Program-made: the position numbers and the translations under genes
Source of the DNA: an uncultured Gammaproteobacteria bacterium
Lineage (GTDB): Bacteria > Patescibacteriota > Patescibacteriia > Patescibacteriales > UBA12465
Length of the DNA stretch: 64,000 nt
Assembly: GCA_964570655.1 (NCBI GenBank)
Contig: CAZMYU010000001.1
Coordinates: forward strand, 65,454-129,453
Direction: 5' to 3'
Notes under the pieces: model-generated
What the model was told of the DNA's origin: nothing
The model's database searches: none
What the model saw: the letters and a program-made list of their open reading frames with translations, nothing else
Part shown: positions 1 to 10,058 of the stretch, in pieces
Layout: each line of letters starts with the position of its first letter
Position numbering within the stretch: the first letter of the stretch is position 1

Positions 1-1
1 C

Positions 2-97
2 AAAAAAACAAGGCCGTTTACTATTGAAAACAACGCTCACATTCAACAGAGCGTCCAACTTGGAGCTGCCGCCTACACGGCTGTTGGCATCCATTAA
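2..97 (+). CDS. 3' end of a gene starting left of the window (31 codons, product unknown)
   Basis: Only open frame entering from the edge (..TRPFTIENNAHIQQSVQLGAAAYTAVGIH*). TAA at 95-97, followed by the hairpin at 115-146. Confidence 0.3.
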   Translation, partial: KKTRPFTIENNAHIQQSVQLGAAAYTAVGIH

Positions 98-114
98 ACT
101 AAAAATCAAAAAAC

Positions 115-146
115 AAAAAACCAGCTCATTTAAAGCTGGTTTTTAA
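115..146. terminator. Bidirectional intrinsic terminator hairpin between convergent genes
   Basis: aaaaaaCCAGC-tcatttaaa-GCTGGttttt. Stem 121-125/135-139, extended by the A-run/T-run. Confidence 0.6.
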
Positions 147-157
147 AATTTTAAAAA

Positions 158-727
158 TTATTTCCTCAGACTAATCTCGTAAGCCATTTGTTCAATTTTG
201 CGCAAATTGGTGCGCGCCTGATCATATTTGGTGCGCATATAACCGGTGAGATCAAACTCTACTAAATATCCCAAAATTTCATTAATAAGTTCTTGGACAG
301 TAAAAACAGTTTTAAAATTTTTCTTAGCGGCTTCATTGGTAGCATAACGCAAGAGCTCGCCAGTAAAATCACAAAGTCCTCCTAGGTAGGCTCCATGCGG
401 TAAATCTAGGCCTTTGAAAAAATCTATTTTTTCTTTTTGCAAATAAGCCGACAAAAGTCGAGCCTCCGCATATTCTTCTAGAGCGGCAATATAGGAACCC
501 TCTTTTTCCAAGCGCTTCACCCCAAAACGTTTATTTAAATCTTTGAGTTTGGCCTCTAATTCTTTGAACTTGGCTGAGATAGATGACAAGTCGCCCCGAT
601 GCAAAGAAAAAATTATTCGCTTCGAATCGTACAAAATATTATTAGCAGCTGCACCAATTTGCCGTCGCTCCCCCTCACCCTGACTATAATCCTTCTTGAG
701 TTTCGCAAAAAATTTCTTGTTAATCAT
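158..727 (-). CDS. Translin-family (COG2178-like) protein
   Basis: Track ORF 158-772. ATG at 727 (MINKKFF..) avoids overlap with the upstream stop at 747. Helical protein with the YLGGLCDFTGELLRYA motif, which resembles the translin GEL.R signature. Confidence 0.55.
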   Translation of the reverse strand: MINKKFFAKLKKDYSQGEGERRQIGAAANNILYDSKRIIFSLHRGDLSSISAKFKELEAKLKDLNKRFGVKRLEKEGSYIAALEEYAEARLLSAYLQKEKIDFFKGLDLPHGAYLGGLCDFTGELLRYATNEAAKKNFKTVFTVQELINEILGYLVEFDLTGYMRTKYDQARTNLRKIEQMAYEISLRK

Positions 728-746
728 AAAAATTAATAATTTTATT

Positions 747-3700
747 TTAATCGCAGACTCTAAACACCTCACTAATAGTCGTTTCGCCCTTCAGAGCTTT
801 GAGGACTCCATCTTGGATCATCGTAACCATCCCGTTTTTGACCGCAATATCTTCAATCTCGGCATCAGTTAATTGGGCGTTTTGAATAGCCTTGCGGACT
901 TCAATCACTGGATTAATAACCTCGTAGAGGCCCATCCGATCTTTGAAACCCAGATTATTACATTCACTGCAACCAGTTCCTCGATAAAATTTGAGCTCTT
1001 TAGGAATCTTAACTTGCTCGTTTTTGATACTCGCCAAAATTTCTTGAACTCGCTTCAAGTCAGCCTCAGAGATCTTTTCTTCGGCTCGACAATTTGGACA
1101 AATCCGCCGGGCTAATCTTTGGCCCACTGATGATTCGATTGAATTAGCTAGTAGCGCCCGATCAACTCCTAGTCCAAAAAATCTAGAAATCGCGCTCGAA
1201 GCACTATTAGCATGAATAGTCGACAAAACTAGGTGGCCAGTGAGGGCGGCTTCAATCGCAATCTTAGCTGTTTCTTCATCTCGAATTTCACCAATCATCA
1301 TGACGTTTGGATTTTGGCGCAGAAGCGACCTGAGGGCCAAAGCAAAGGTATATCCCTGGGAAGCATTAATCTGGGTCTGCATCACTCCTTTGACCTGATA
1401 CTCAATTGGATCTTCAACAGTAATAATCTTAACCTCTGGTTTGTTCAAAACTTTTAGCAAACTATACAAAGTAGTGGTTTTGCCCGATCCCGTTGGACCG
1501 GTGACCAAAATAAGTCCTTTGGTTTTTTTAATCGCTTCTTGCAGAGCCAGCAATGAATAATCTTCGATCCCCAAATCAGACATTTTCAAGGCATTGGCTT
1601 CATCGGCTAGCAAACGGATCACGATAGTTTCACCATAACCGCCAGAGATAATAGAAACACGACAATCAATTTTGTTCTTGTCCATAAAGACCGAAAATCT
1701 CCCGTCCATGGCCGCTTGTTTGACGTTGGTTTCAAAACCAGAAAGTATTTTGACTTCGCCCAAAACCGGCAAATAATGATCAGGGCTCACCGAAAACATA
1801 TCATACAAAATACCATCAATCCTAAAACGCACCTTGACCTCCAGCTCCGAAGGATCAATATGAATATCGCCAGCTCGACTAGAAATAGCCAGAGCAAAAA
1901 TAGTTTTTAGTAGTTCCGGAGCACTAGCCGCTTTAATAATTTTGGCAATCTCCTCAGGCTTGCCCATTAGCGCCTTAGAGGCGCTCAAATCAGCTTTGCT
2001 CAGTTTTACTCCTCGACCCATTACCTTCGAAACCACCAGATCATACAAAGCATCCACATAATCAAAATCGCCGGCCACTCGATAAACTTCTTCCAAGGAA
2101 GTAATGCCTTCCACCGCCTTCAAAACTCCATCTTGCAACATAGTGATCATGCCATTTTCAATGGCTTGACGCAAAATTTCAAAGGCCGGAGCACTATCAA
2201 TGGTTAATTTCTTTATTTTATCATCCATGGTAAAAACTTCATAAATTCCCAAACGCCCTTTGTAACCAGTGCCATTGCAATCATCACAACCACTACCAGC
2301 ACTATAGAAAGCTGGCAAAGTCGCGGGCACCTCTACTCCAGATTTGGGTGAGATAACCGCCAGGATACGATTAACTCGATCGCGGTCTTCTTCGCTCAAT
2401 TCTTTTTCAACCTTACAATGCGGACATAATTTGCGCACCAGTCTTTGACCAAGCACCGCATTGATAGCTGGCACCAAAAAATAAGGCTTGACTCCCATAT
2501 CAATCAAGCGTGGAATTACTCCAGCGGCATCATTGGTATGTAAAGTAGACAGAACTAAATGACCGGTAAGCGAAGATTGGATGGCAATCTCAGCTGTTTC
2601 TAAATCACGAATTTCACCGACCATAATCACATTAGGATCTTGACGCAAAATCGAGCGCAGGCCCTCAGCAAAGGTATAGCCTTTATCAGTTTGAATTTGA
2701 CTCTGACTAATTCCCTTCAATTGATATTCGATTGGATCTTCTAAAGTAATAATCTTGGTGCCTGGTTTATTCAAACGTTTGAGTACGGCATACAAAGTAG
2801 TAGTTTTACCCGAACCAGTCGGACCAGTAGTGAGAATCAGACCATTGGGTCTATCAAGCTCTCTAATTAAAATAGCCAGTGGCCCAGGGCGCAGGCCCAA
2901 ATCATCAAAAGGTAGCCCCGCCGTTTTCGAGCGAAGTAAGCGCATTACCACACTCTCACCAAAAGCGGTTGGTAAAAACGAAGTTCTAACATCAATCTTT
3001 TCGCTTTTGAGAAAAATAGAAAAACGGCCATCCTGAGGCTGGTCATTAACATTAATTTTAACGCCGGCCAAAATTTTTAAACGAGAAACAATTTTGCGCC
3101 ATTGATTTTTGTTGATGGTAGCCGCCTCTTGCAAGACACCGTCGATTCTCAGCCGCACCACTACCGCCGCCGCTTCAGCCTCGATATGAATATCGGAAGC
3201 ATCAGTTTTTAGAGCGGTGGCCAAAATCAGAGTAATGATATCAGAAATATTGACGTTATTGATTTGATCACGCAATTTACGATAATCAGCAATAGACTGA
3301 GAAAATTTCTCCAAGTCTTCTTCCTTGATCTCAACTCCACCTTCATATTTGATAATTTTTGGTAAAATTTTGTATTCTTCTAAAGCGGAATTAAAACTAT
3401 TTTCCGATATCAAATACCAACGACTCTTGGTAAAATGCTTGGCATCTAAATCAACCACCAATTTTTTAAGAGCCGTGCTTGGTTCCTTGGTGGTACCAAT
3501 TCGAATATTCTCACCATCATAATAAAAACAAACGGCGTGCATCTCTCTGGCGTCATTTTCAGAAATCAAAGACAGAGCCTCTGGGCTAATCGGAAAAGAA
3601 AAAAGATTGATGTAATCAAAACCCAAAACGCCGGCCTGCACTTCGGTTTCCTCCTCTATTTGTTTGAGACGCAATTCATCTTCTTTGGCCAACAAAAGAC

Positions 3701-3770
3701 CCTGAGGGCTATCATCATCGCCGCCAGGTTTCTTTTTGAGTAAACTAGAAATGGAATCAAAACCAGCCAT
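747..3770 (-). CDS. pilB: Tandem (duplicated) type IV pilus / type II secretion ATPase PilB/GspE
   Basis: 1007-aa ORF with a GspE_N-like N-terminus and two full ATPase modules in one frame. Walker A GPTGSGKTTT occurs twice (nt ~2797-2826 and ~1471-1503). Also paired: VIMVGEIRD/VMMIGEIRD, TGHLVLSTLHTN/TGHLVLSTIHAN, and Zn motifs CPHC..CDDC / CPNC..CSEC. Confidence 0.9.
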   Translation of the reverse strand: MAGFDSISSLLKKKPGGDDDSPQGLLLAKEDELRLKQIEEETEVQAGVLGFDYINLFSFPISPEALSLISENDAREMHAVCFYYDGENIRIGTTKEPSTALKKLVVDLDAKHFTKSRWYLISENSFNSALEEYKILPKIIKYEGGVEIKEEDLEKFSQSIADYRKLRDQINNVNISDIITLILATALKTDASDIHIEAEAAAVVVRLRIDGVLQEAATINKNQWRKIVSRLKILAGVKINVNDQPQDGRFSIFLKSEKIDVRTSFLPTAFGESVVMRLLRSKTAGLPFDDLGLRPGPLAILIRELDRPNGLILTTGPTGSGKTTTLYAVLKRLNKPGTKIITLEDPIEYQLKGISQSQIQTDKGYTFAEGLRSILRQDPNVIMVGEIRDLETAEIAIQSSLTGHLVLSTLHTNDAAGVIPRLIDMGVKPYFLVPAINAVLGQRLVRKLCPHCKVEKELSEEDRDRVNRILAVISPKSGVEVPATLPAFYSAGSGCDDCNGTGYKGRLGIYEVFTMDDKIKKLTIDSAPAFEILRQAIENGMITMLQDGVLKAVEGITSLEEVYRVAGDFDYVDALYDLVVSKVMGRGVKLSKADLSASKALMGKPEEIAKIIKAASAPELLKTIFALAISSRAGDIHIDPSELEVKVRFRIDGILYDMFSVSPDHYLPVLGEVKILSGFETNVKQAAMDGRFSVFMDKNKIDCRVSIISGGYGETIVIRLLADEANALKMSDLGIEDYSLLALQEAIKKTKGLILVTGPTGSGKTTTLYSLLKVLNKPEVKIITVEDPIEYQVKGVMQTQINASQGYTFALALRSLLRQNPNVMMIGEIRDEETAKIAIEAALTGHLVLSTIHANSASSAISRFFGLGVDRALLANSIESSVGQRLARRICPNCRAEEKISEADLKRVQEILASIKNEQVKIPKELKFYRGTGCSECNNLGFKDRMGLYEVINPVIEVRKAIQNAQLTDAEIEDIAVKNGMVTMIQDGVLKALKGETTISEVFRVCD

Positions 3771-3773
3771 AAA

Positions 3774-4847
3774 TTATTTCTTGGCAGTCGACCACCGCAC
3801 GTCTTTGTTTCTCAGACGAGGAAGAAGGCGCTCCAATTTGCTCATACCTCCTGGGCCAATCAAACGTAAAAATAATCCTGTCCAAGCACTAATTTGAAAA
3901 ACGGTAATCAGTGATCCGGCCAAAACCACAAAGAGAGCCAAAACTATTATGCCAATTATGAAGACTCCCCAAAAAGCCGCAAACGAAAATAATTGGAAAA
4001 AAGAAGTCGCTAAAATAATAAAAGGAATGGCCAAAACAGCACAAGCAATAAAAACAGCAATGGTGGCCAAGAAACTAATCACAAACAAAATAATCGCCAT
4101 CTCCAAACTAATCAACCAATTCTTTTTAAACAATGAAAAACCAGACCGCAAGGCCGAACCAAAATCTTCTTTTTTGAGGGTCACATAAGCCAAGGCATAT
4201 TTAATAAGCAAGGAAAAAGAAATAGCCGTTGGAATGAGAATTATAAACAAAATCAAATAAATCCCCAAACTCAGAGCCTGACTACCAAAAATGAAAATGA
4301 TCGGCAAGCCAACAATTAGCACTAGCAAACTAACCACAGCCTTGCTAATAATATTGAGACCCAAGGAAGTCCAAAAATAAGGCTGAGAACTTTTCAAGCT
4401 AGAGCGCCAATTGAGATTGTCTTCCTGGCCCTTGATCACCTTGTCAGTATCAGCAATTAGAGTAATCTGAGAAGAAACCGCTAGCCACAACAAGAAGAAA
4501 CCAATAATCATAGTGCCCAAAAAGATGAGCAGTACCGCCAGACCAGTTAGGGCATTATATTTGAACAATTGATAAAAACCAGTAAAAAATCCTCCGCCCA
4601 AAACACCTTGGACCCAGATTTGATCAAAGCTTAGCAACCACTTTAATAATTTTTCCCGACTAGTGGCGGAACTCAGAATTTGGTATTCAGCCCCCAAACT
4701 GAGAATTGAAGCAAAAATACCAAAAAACCATAGGTACTTTTTTTGCCAGGTAATTTTCCAAGCCTGACCCAAAATTTGTCGATAAAAAAACATAAATTTT
4801 ATAGTTTCTTCGCTGGCTCCAAGTCTCAAAAAAGCGTCTTTTGACAA
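3774..4847 (-). CDS. Polytopic membrane protein, function unknown
   Basis: 357-aa ORF with about 8 hydrophobic helices. The track start is TTG at 4847; the first ATG is at 4793. The stop lies 3 nt upstream of the pilB start. Confidence 0.6.
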   Translation of the reverse strand: MSKDAFLRLGASEETIKFMFFYRQILGQAWKITWQKKYLWFFGIFASILSLGAEYQILSSATSREKLLKWLLSFDQIWVQGVLGGGFFTGFYQLFKYNALTGLAVLLIFLGTMIIGFFLLWLAVSSQITLIADTDKVIKGQEDNLNWRSSLKSSQPYFWTSLGLNIISKAVVSLLVLIVGLPIIFIFGSQALSLGIYLILFIILIPTAISFSLLIKYALAYVTLKKEDFGSALRSGFSLFKKNWLISLEMAIILFVISFLATIAVFIACAVLAIPFIILATSFFQLFSFAAFWGVFIIGIIVLALFVVLAGSLITVFQISAWTGLFLRLIGPGGMSKLERLLPRLRNKDVRWSTAKK

Positions 4848-4942
4848 GCTCCTAGGACTTGGGGTCTAACGATGATTTAAGGTTGAAAAAAAGGTATTCA
4901 TTTGCTACTATTATATCATAATTAAAACCTTAGAACAAATAT

Positions 4943-6163
4943 ATGGCCAAGATTATCAAAGATAAACAGGCAATTTCCGAACTTTTAGAGCGGGGGGTAG
5001 AAAAAATCTTTCCCAATGCCGGTCTTTTAGAAAAAAAACTAATGAGTGGTGAACGTCTCAAAATTTATTGTGGCTACGACCCCACGGCTTCCGCCCTGCA
5101 TATTGGCAATGCTATTACTCTCAACAAATTAGCGCAATTCCAAAAACTAGGCCATCAAATTATTTTTTTGATTGGTGATTTTACTTGCATGATTGGCGAC
5201 CCGACCGACAAAAAAGCGACGCGAAAACAAATGACCCGCTCAGAGGTTTTGCATAATGCCAAAGATTACCAAAGACAAGCCAGTGCTTATCTGCAATTTT
5301 CCGGCAGCAACCCGGCCAAGATAATGTACAATAGCAAATGGAATGACAAATTAAAATTTAAAGATTTGATATCCCTAGCTTCCAATTTTACTGTCCAACA
5401 AATGATCCAGCGCGATATGTTTCAAGAACGCCTCAAAGAAGAACGGCCGATTTATCTGCATGAATTTATGTATCCGCTCACCCAAGCTCATGACAGCGTC
5501 GCCATGGATGTTGATGTTGAAATCGGTGGGAACGACCAAATGTTTAATATGCTGTGTGGTCGAGATCTACTCAAGGCTCTCAAAAACAAAGAGAAATGTG
5601 TTTTGACTCTTAAATTGCTCACCGACAACGAAGGCAAAAAAATGGGCAAATCTGAGGGCAATATTGTTTTCTTAAATGAATCACCCGAGGAAATGTATGG
5701 CAAAATAATGTCCTGGCCAGACGGTACTTTGACTAATGGCTTTGAACTATGCACTTTTTTGCCTTTAGACGAGTGCCAAAGACTTCAAACCGAAGCCAAA
5801 AATAATCCTCGCAATATCAAAATGCGTTTGGCTTTTGAAATCACTAGTCTCAATCATGGTAGCCAAAAAGCTTTGTCCGCCCAAGAATATTTTATTAAAA
5901 CCGTCCAAAACAAAGAAATCCCCAGCGATATGACGACCTACAAAATGAAAGATAGCGATCGTAGTTTTTTTGATATCTTGCTAAATAGCCAATTAGTTAA
6001 AAGCAAAGGCGAGGCGCGCCGACTCATGGAGCAGCATGGCCTCAAAATAAAAATTGATGATAATGAAATAGCCTCTCTAAAGGATGGTGACCTCACCCCC
6101 AATTTTTCGACAGAAATTATCATCCAAAGAGGCAAACATCAATTCTTGAGAATTATTAAATAA
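4943..6163 (+). CDS. tyrS: Tyrosyl-tRNA synthetase
   Basis: Class I motifs: HIGN (..PTASALHIGN) and KMGKS. C-terminal S4-like domain (KSKGEARRLMEQHGLKI). Confidence 0.93.
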   Translation: MAKIIKDKQAISELLERGVEKIFPNAGLLEKKLMSGERLKIYCGYDPTASALHIGNAITLNKLAQFQKLGHQIIFLIGDFTCMIGDPTDKKATRKQMTRSEVLHNAKDYQRQASAYLQFSGSNPAKIMYNSKWNDKLKFKDLISLASNFTVQQMIQRDMFQERLKEERPIYLHEFMYPLTQAHDSVAMDVDVEIGGNDQMFNMLCGRDLLKALKNKEKCVLTLKLLTDNEGKKMGKSEGNIVFLNESPEEMYGKIMSWPDGTLTNGFELCTFLPLDECQRLQTEAKNNPRNIKMRLAFEITSLNHGSQKALSAQEYFIKTVQNKEIPSDMTTYKMKDSDRSFFDILLNSQLVKSKGEARRLMEQHGLKIKIDDNEIASLKDGDLTPNFSTEIIIQRGKHQFLRIIK

Positions 6164-6173
6164 TTTTGAGCAA

Positions 6174-7859
6174 ATGTTTTTAGAAAATCTCAAACAATTA
6201 ATCGGACAGGGGGTGTCAGAAGAATTTATTTCCTATCCTCCCAAACCAGAAATGGGCGATCTAGCCCTTAGTTTTTTTATGTCCGCCAAAAAACAAGGAC
6301 TAGAACCTCAAGCCCTAGCCCTGGGAACAGCTGAAAAACTAAGCCAGGATCCGGAAATAAACAAAATTTTTGCCAAAATCGTCGCCCTGGGTCCTTATGC
6401 TAATTTTTTTATAAACCCCGCCTATTTAGCCCAGGAAGTTTTGAGCGAAATCAAAAAAGACGGTGAGCTTTATGGTCGAAGTCGGCAAGAAAAGGACAAA
6501 AAAATAGTTATCGAATTTTCCAATGGTAATACCCACAAAGAATTCCATATTGGCCATCTCCGCAATATTTCTTTTGGCCAAGCTATTGTCAATATTTTGA
6601 ACTTCAATGGGTATCGAGCCATTCCCATCTCCTATATCAACGACTTTGGTATTCATGTCGCCAAAACTATCTGGCAATACCAAAAAGACATTAGGAAATA
6701 TAATGACTCTAGTGATCCAAAGGGATATTTACTGGGACAAATTTATGCTGAAGCTAGTAAAAACTCTAAGGATAACGAAATAGCCAAGGCGGAAATTTCT
6801 GAAACCATGAAACAAATCGAAGGTCGACGCGGGCCACTCTGGCGACTATTTAAAAAAACCAGAAGATGGAGTATCAAATATTTTGCCCAAATCTATAAAG
6901 AACTTAATTTGCATTTTCGCAAAACATTTTATGAGAGTCGAGTCATCAAACGTGGCTGGCAAATAGTCGACGAGCTGATAGCCAAAAATATTCTAATCAA
7001 AAGCCAAGGAGCTATTATTGCTGATCTCTCCAACTATAACCTAGGGGTCCTTCCGATCATTAGAAGCGATGGCACGGCTCTTTACCCGGTAGCTGATTTA
7101 GCCCTGGCAAAAGAAAAATACCAAAAATTCAAAATGGACGAATCAATCTATGTAGTCGATATTCGCCAAAGTTTATATTTTCAACAATTATTCAAAATCT
7201 TGGAATTGTCCGGACAAAAGAATGTGGCCATGCGTCAATTACCTTATGAATTTGTTTCGCTTCCCCAAGGACTCATGTCTTCTCGGGAAGGCAATGTAAT
7301 TTCCTATCATGAATTTTCTCAAACTCTCAAAGCCAAGATTTATGCCGAAACAAAATTTCGCCATCCTAATTGGCCAGAAGATCAGATTAATGATACGGCC
7401 GAAAAAATTGCTCTCGCCACTATTAAATTTGAAATGCTCAAAGTATCGCCCCAAAAAATTATCGTTTTTGATATGACCGAGGCCTTGAGATTTGATGGCT
7501 ACACGGTGGTCTATCTACTCTATACGGTCGCTCGAATTAATAGCATCTTTAGAAAAGCCAAACTCTCAGCTAAAATAAAGGGGGGATTCTTAGGCACCGA
7601 AATCGAAAAAAATCTACTCATTAAAATGGCCAAATTCCCCGAAGTCGTCAAAACCGCTGGAGCTACTTATGACCCGGCGATCATTACTCGTTATCTTTTT
7701 GAGCTCAGCCAAATTTTTAATGATTACTACAACCAGTCTCCAATCCTCAAATCAGAACCAGAGTTCCAGATGGCTCGCTTAGCCCTCCTGCAAGGAGTTT
7801 TACAAGTCCTCAAAAATGGTCTAGAGTTATTAAATATTTCAACTATTAATGAAATCTAA
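6174..7859 (+). CDS. argS: Arginyl-tRNA synthetase
   Basis: NGNTHKEFHIGHLRN HIGH region. C-terminal DALR-type anticodon-binding region (RFDGYTVVYLLYTVARINSI). Confidence 0.88.
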   Translation: MFLENLKQLIGQGVSEEFISYPPKPEMGDLALSFFMSAKKQGLEPQALALGTAEKLSQDPEINKIFAKIVALGPYANFFINPAYLAQEVLSEIKKDGELYGRSRQEKDKKIVIEFSNGNTHKEFHIGHLRNISFGQAIVNILNFNGYRAIPISYINDFGIHVAKTIWQYQKDIRKYNDSSDPKGYLLGQIYAEASKNSKDNEIAKAEISETMKQIEGRRGPLWRLFKKTRRWSIKYFAQIYKELNLHFRKTFYESRVIKRGWQIVDELIAKNILIKSQGAIIADLSNYNLGVLPIIRSDGTALYPVADLALAKEKYQKFKMDESIYVVDIRQSLYFQQLFKILELSGQKNVAMRQLPYEFVSLPQGLMSSREGNVISYHEFSQTLKAKIYAETKFRHPNWPEDQINDTAEKIALATIKFEMLKVSPQKIIVFDMTEALRFDGYTVVYLLYTVARINSIFRKAKLSAKIKGGFLGTEIEKNLLIKMAKFPEVVKTAGATYDPAIITRYLFELSQIFNDYYNQSPILKSEPEFQMARLALLQGVLQVLKNGLELLNISTINEI

Positions 7860-9249
7860 AAATATGGACAATAACACTTTTGATAAAATCGTCTCCTTAT
7901 GCAAACGACGAGGTTTTGTTTTTCCGTCTTCCGAAATCTATGGAGGCTTTCAAGCGGTTTATGATTTTGGTCCCTATGGAGTCGAGCTAGCCAATAATAT
8001 CAAAAAGCTCTGGTGGCAAGAAATGGTCCAAAAACGAGATGACATTGTCGGGTTAGACTCGGCTATTTTTATGAGTCCGATTGTCTGGGAAGCCTCTGGC
8101 CATGTCACTGGATTTTCTGATCCACTGATTGAATGCAAAAAATGTCACCTGCGTCTTAGAGTTGATCAAGCTCTAGAAGAAATTGGAGTTTTCGCTGATG
8201 AAAAAATGTCCGAAGATGAAATCCGCCAAATTTTTTCTGAAAAAGGTGGCAAAATCAAATGCCCGGTCTGCGGAGCCAAAGATTTTACTGAGCCTCGAAA
8301 ATTCAATTTACTAGTTCAATCCAATCTAGGAAATTTTACCGGCGCTTTAGACAAGGAACCGGTTTATCTGCGCGGTGAAACCTGCCAAGGTATTTATATT
8401 AATTACAAAAACGTTCTCGATTCATCCCGGGTCAAAATTCCTTTTGGTATCGCCCAAATCGGTAAAGCCTTTAGAAACGAGATTACCGCCCGCCAATTTA
8501 TTTTTCGCACCAGAGAATTTGAACAAATGGAAATGCAATATTTCGTAGCCCCCGAAGATGAACTAAATGAATTTGAAAAACTCAAAGAAGCTCGGCTGGA
8601 TTTCTATACCAAACTAGGAATTAACCAGAAAAATTTAAAGTTTAAAAAGCATGAAAATTTGGTTTTCTATGCCAAGGCGGCTTTTGATATTGAATACAAA
8701 TTTCCCTGGGGCTTTGCCGAACTTGAGGGCATTCACGCTCGCGGTGATTATGATCTGAGCCGACATATGCAATTTTCCAAAGCTGATCTAAGTTATAAAG
8801 ATCCCAGTAGCGACAAAAAATTTATTCCCCATATTGTCGAATCTTCTTCTGGAGTTGGCCGGGTTTTCTTGGCTCTACTAGCTGAAGCCTATACCGAAGA
8901 AAAGCTAGAGGGTGACGAAGAACGCTTAGTCTTAAAGCTTCCCAAAAAACTGGCCCCGATTAAAGCCGCCATCTTCCCCTTGCTAAAAAATAAGCCCGAG
9001 CTCGTCAGTAAAGCCCGGGAAGTCTATGATGATTTGAAAATTAATCTAATGTGCGAATTTGATGATAATGGCAATATTGGCAAACGTTATCGTCGACAAG
9101 ATGAAATCGGCACGCCCTTTTGCCTTACTATTGATTTTGAATCACTTAAAGATAATGATGTCACTGTCCGCCATCGCGATTCTATGAAACAGGAAAGAAT
9201 AAAAATTACCGATTTGAAAGATTATTTAGAAAAGCAATTAAATTCTTAA
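7849..9249 (+). CDS. glyQS: Glycyl-tRNA synthetase (dimeric class II, GlyQS type)
   Basis: KRRGFVFPSSEIYGG..YDFGPYGVELANNIKKLWW plus a C-terminal anticodon-binding domain. An alternative ATG at 7864 would remove the overlap with argS. Confidence 0.93.
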   Translation: MKSKNMDNNTFDKIVSLCKRRGFVFPSSEIYGGFQAVYDFGPYGVELANNIKKLWWQEMVQKRDDIVGLDSAIFMSPIVWEASGHVTGFSDPLIECKKCHLRLRVDQALEEIGVFADEKMSEDEIRQIFSEKGGKIKCPVCGAKDFTEPRKFNLLVQSNLGNFTGALDKEPVYLRGETCQGIYINYKNVLDSSRVKIPFGIAQIGKAFRNEITARQFIFRTREFEQMEMQYFVAPEDELNEFEKLKEARLDFYTKLGINQKNLKFKKHENLVFYAKAAFDIEYKFPWGFAELEGIHARGDYDLSRHMQFSKADLSYKDPSSDKKFIPHIVESSSGVGRVFLALLAEAYTEEKLEGDEERLVLKLPKKLAPIKAAIFPLLKNKPELVSKAREVYDDLKINLMCEFDDNGNIGKRYRRQDEIGTPFCLTIDFESLKDNDVTVRHRDSMKQERIKITDLKDYLEKQLNS

Positions 9250-9264
9250 AAATCGCTAAAATTG

Positions 9265-9307
9265 AAAAAGCCCCAGGAATATTTCCTTTTGGGGCTTTTT
9301 TGTTTTT
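9265..9307. terminator. Intrinsic terminator between convergent genes
   Basis: AAAAGCCCC (9266-9274) pairs with GGGGCTTTT (9291-9299), then tttgttttt. Confidence 0.75.
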
Positions 9308-9321
9308 GGCGACTGGCCTTT

Positions 9322-9909
9322 CTATATCTTGGTGAAATAGATATACCTGTCGGTGCCGGGAATAACGGTTGAAAAAATTGTCGCACCCTTGGGCTCATTG
9401 GCATTGAATTTCAAGCCAGCTTCCGGTTTCACGGCAGAGCTTCTGTACACATAATAATTCATTATGATGGACTTATTGCCCTGGTAATCAACCTTTTCAA
9501 CAATCTTCACGTCAGCCACTACCTGACCACGAAGAATATTCTTAAACGAATACAGGTTTTTTTCTTTGTCCTGCATTGGATAATAATTCCCCCCCACAAT
9601 AACCGGCGGCTTGCCTTCAACCACAACCTTCCAGGCCATGTTAAGGTGGTCATCAATCATTTTTGGTGTAATCCGTGGTTTTTTTCCAGATTTAAATTTG
9701 CTAACGATAACTTCAAATTCTGCATTGTCAGCAAATAATTCCAAATGAGCTGGAATTTCTTTTTGAATGAAATCCGGAAAATTAATCAGCACCTTTGGAG
9801 CAAAAAACAAGCGCCTGTAAGAAGCAGAGTTTACCGTAACATCGCCCATGGCGGTTTTGATCTTGCGACCTTCAATCCCCAGAATGGGGAGTCCATCTGT
9901 AAGTGTCAT
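9322..9909 (-). CDS. Hypothetical protein (195 aa)
   Basis: Clean ORF with ordinary amino-acid composition between a terminator and an AT-rich upstream region. I recognise no family. Confidence 0.55.
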   Translation of the reverse strand: MTLTDGLPILGIEGRKIKTAMGDVTVNSASYRRLFFAPKVLINFPDFIQKEIPAHLELFADNAEFEVIVSKFKSGKKPRITPKMIDDHLNMAWKVVVEGKPPVIVGGNYYPMQDKEKNLYSFKNILRGQVVADVKIVEKVDYQGNKSIIMNYYVYRSSAVKPEAGLKFNANEPKGATIFSTVIPGTDRYIYFTKI

Positions 9910-10058
9910 TTCTTATTCTGTTATAAAGTTACGAAAAATTGTTTCAACTTAATTCCTAATAATATCATATTATCAATAATAAGTCAATAGTGGGGATTTT
10001 AGGTTAATTTTAAGATAAATTTAGGCTAATTTTAAAGGTTAATTCTTATAATTGGGGC

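Noticed and set aside
873-3743. Series of 60-93-aa plus-strand ORFs inside the pilB region
   Set aside because: All are antisense to the 1007-aa PilB ORF, which has unambiguous motifs. They recur in both halves simply because the gene is internally duplicated.
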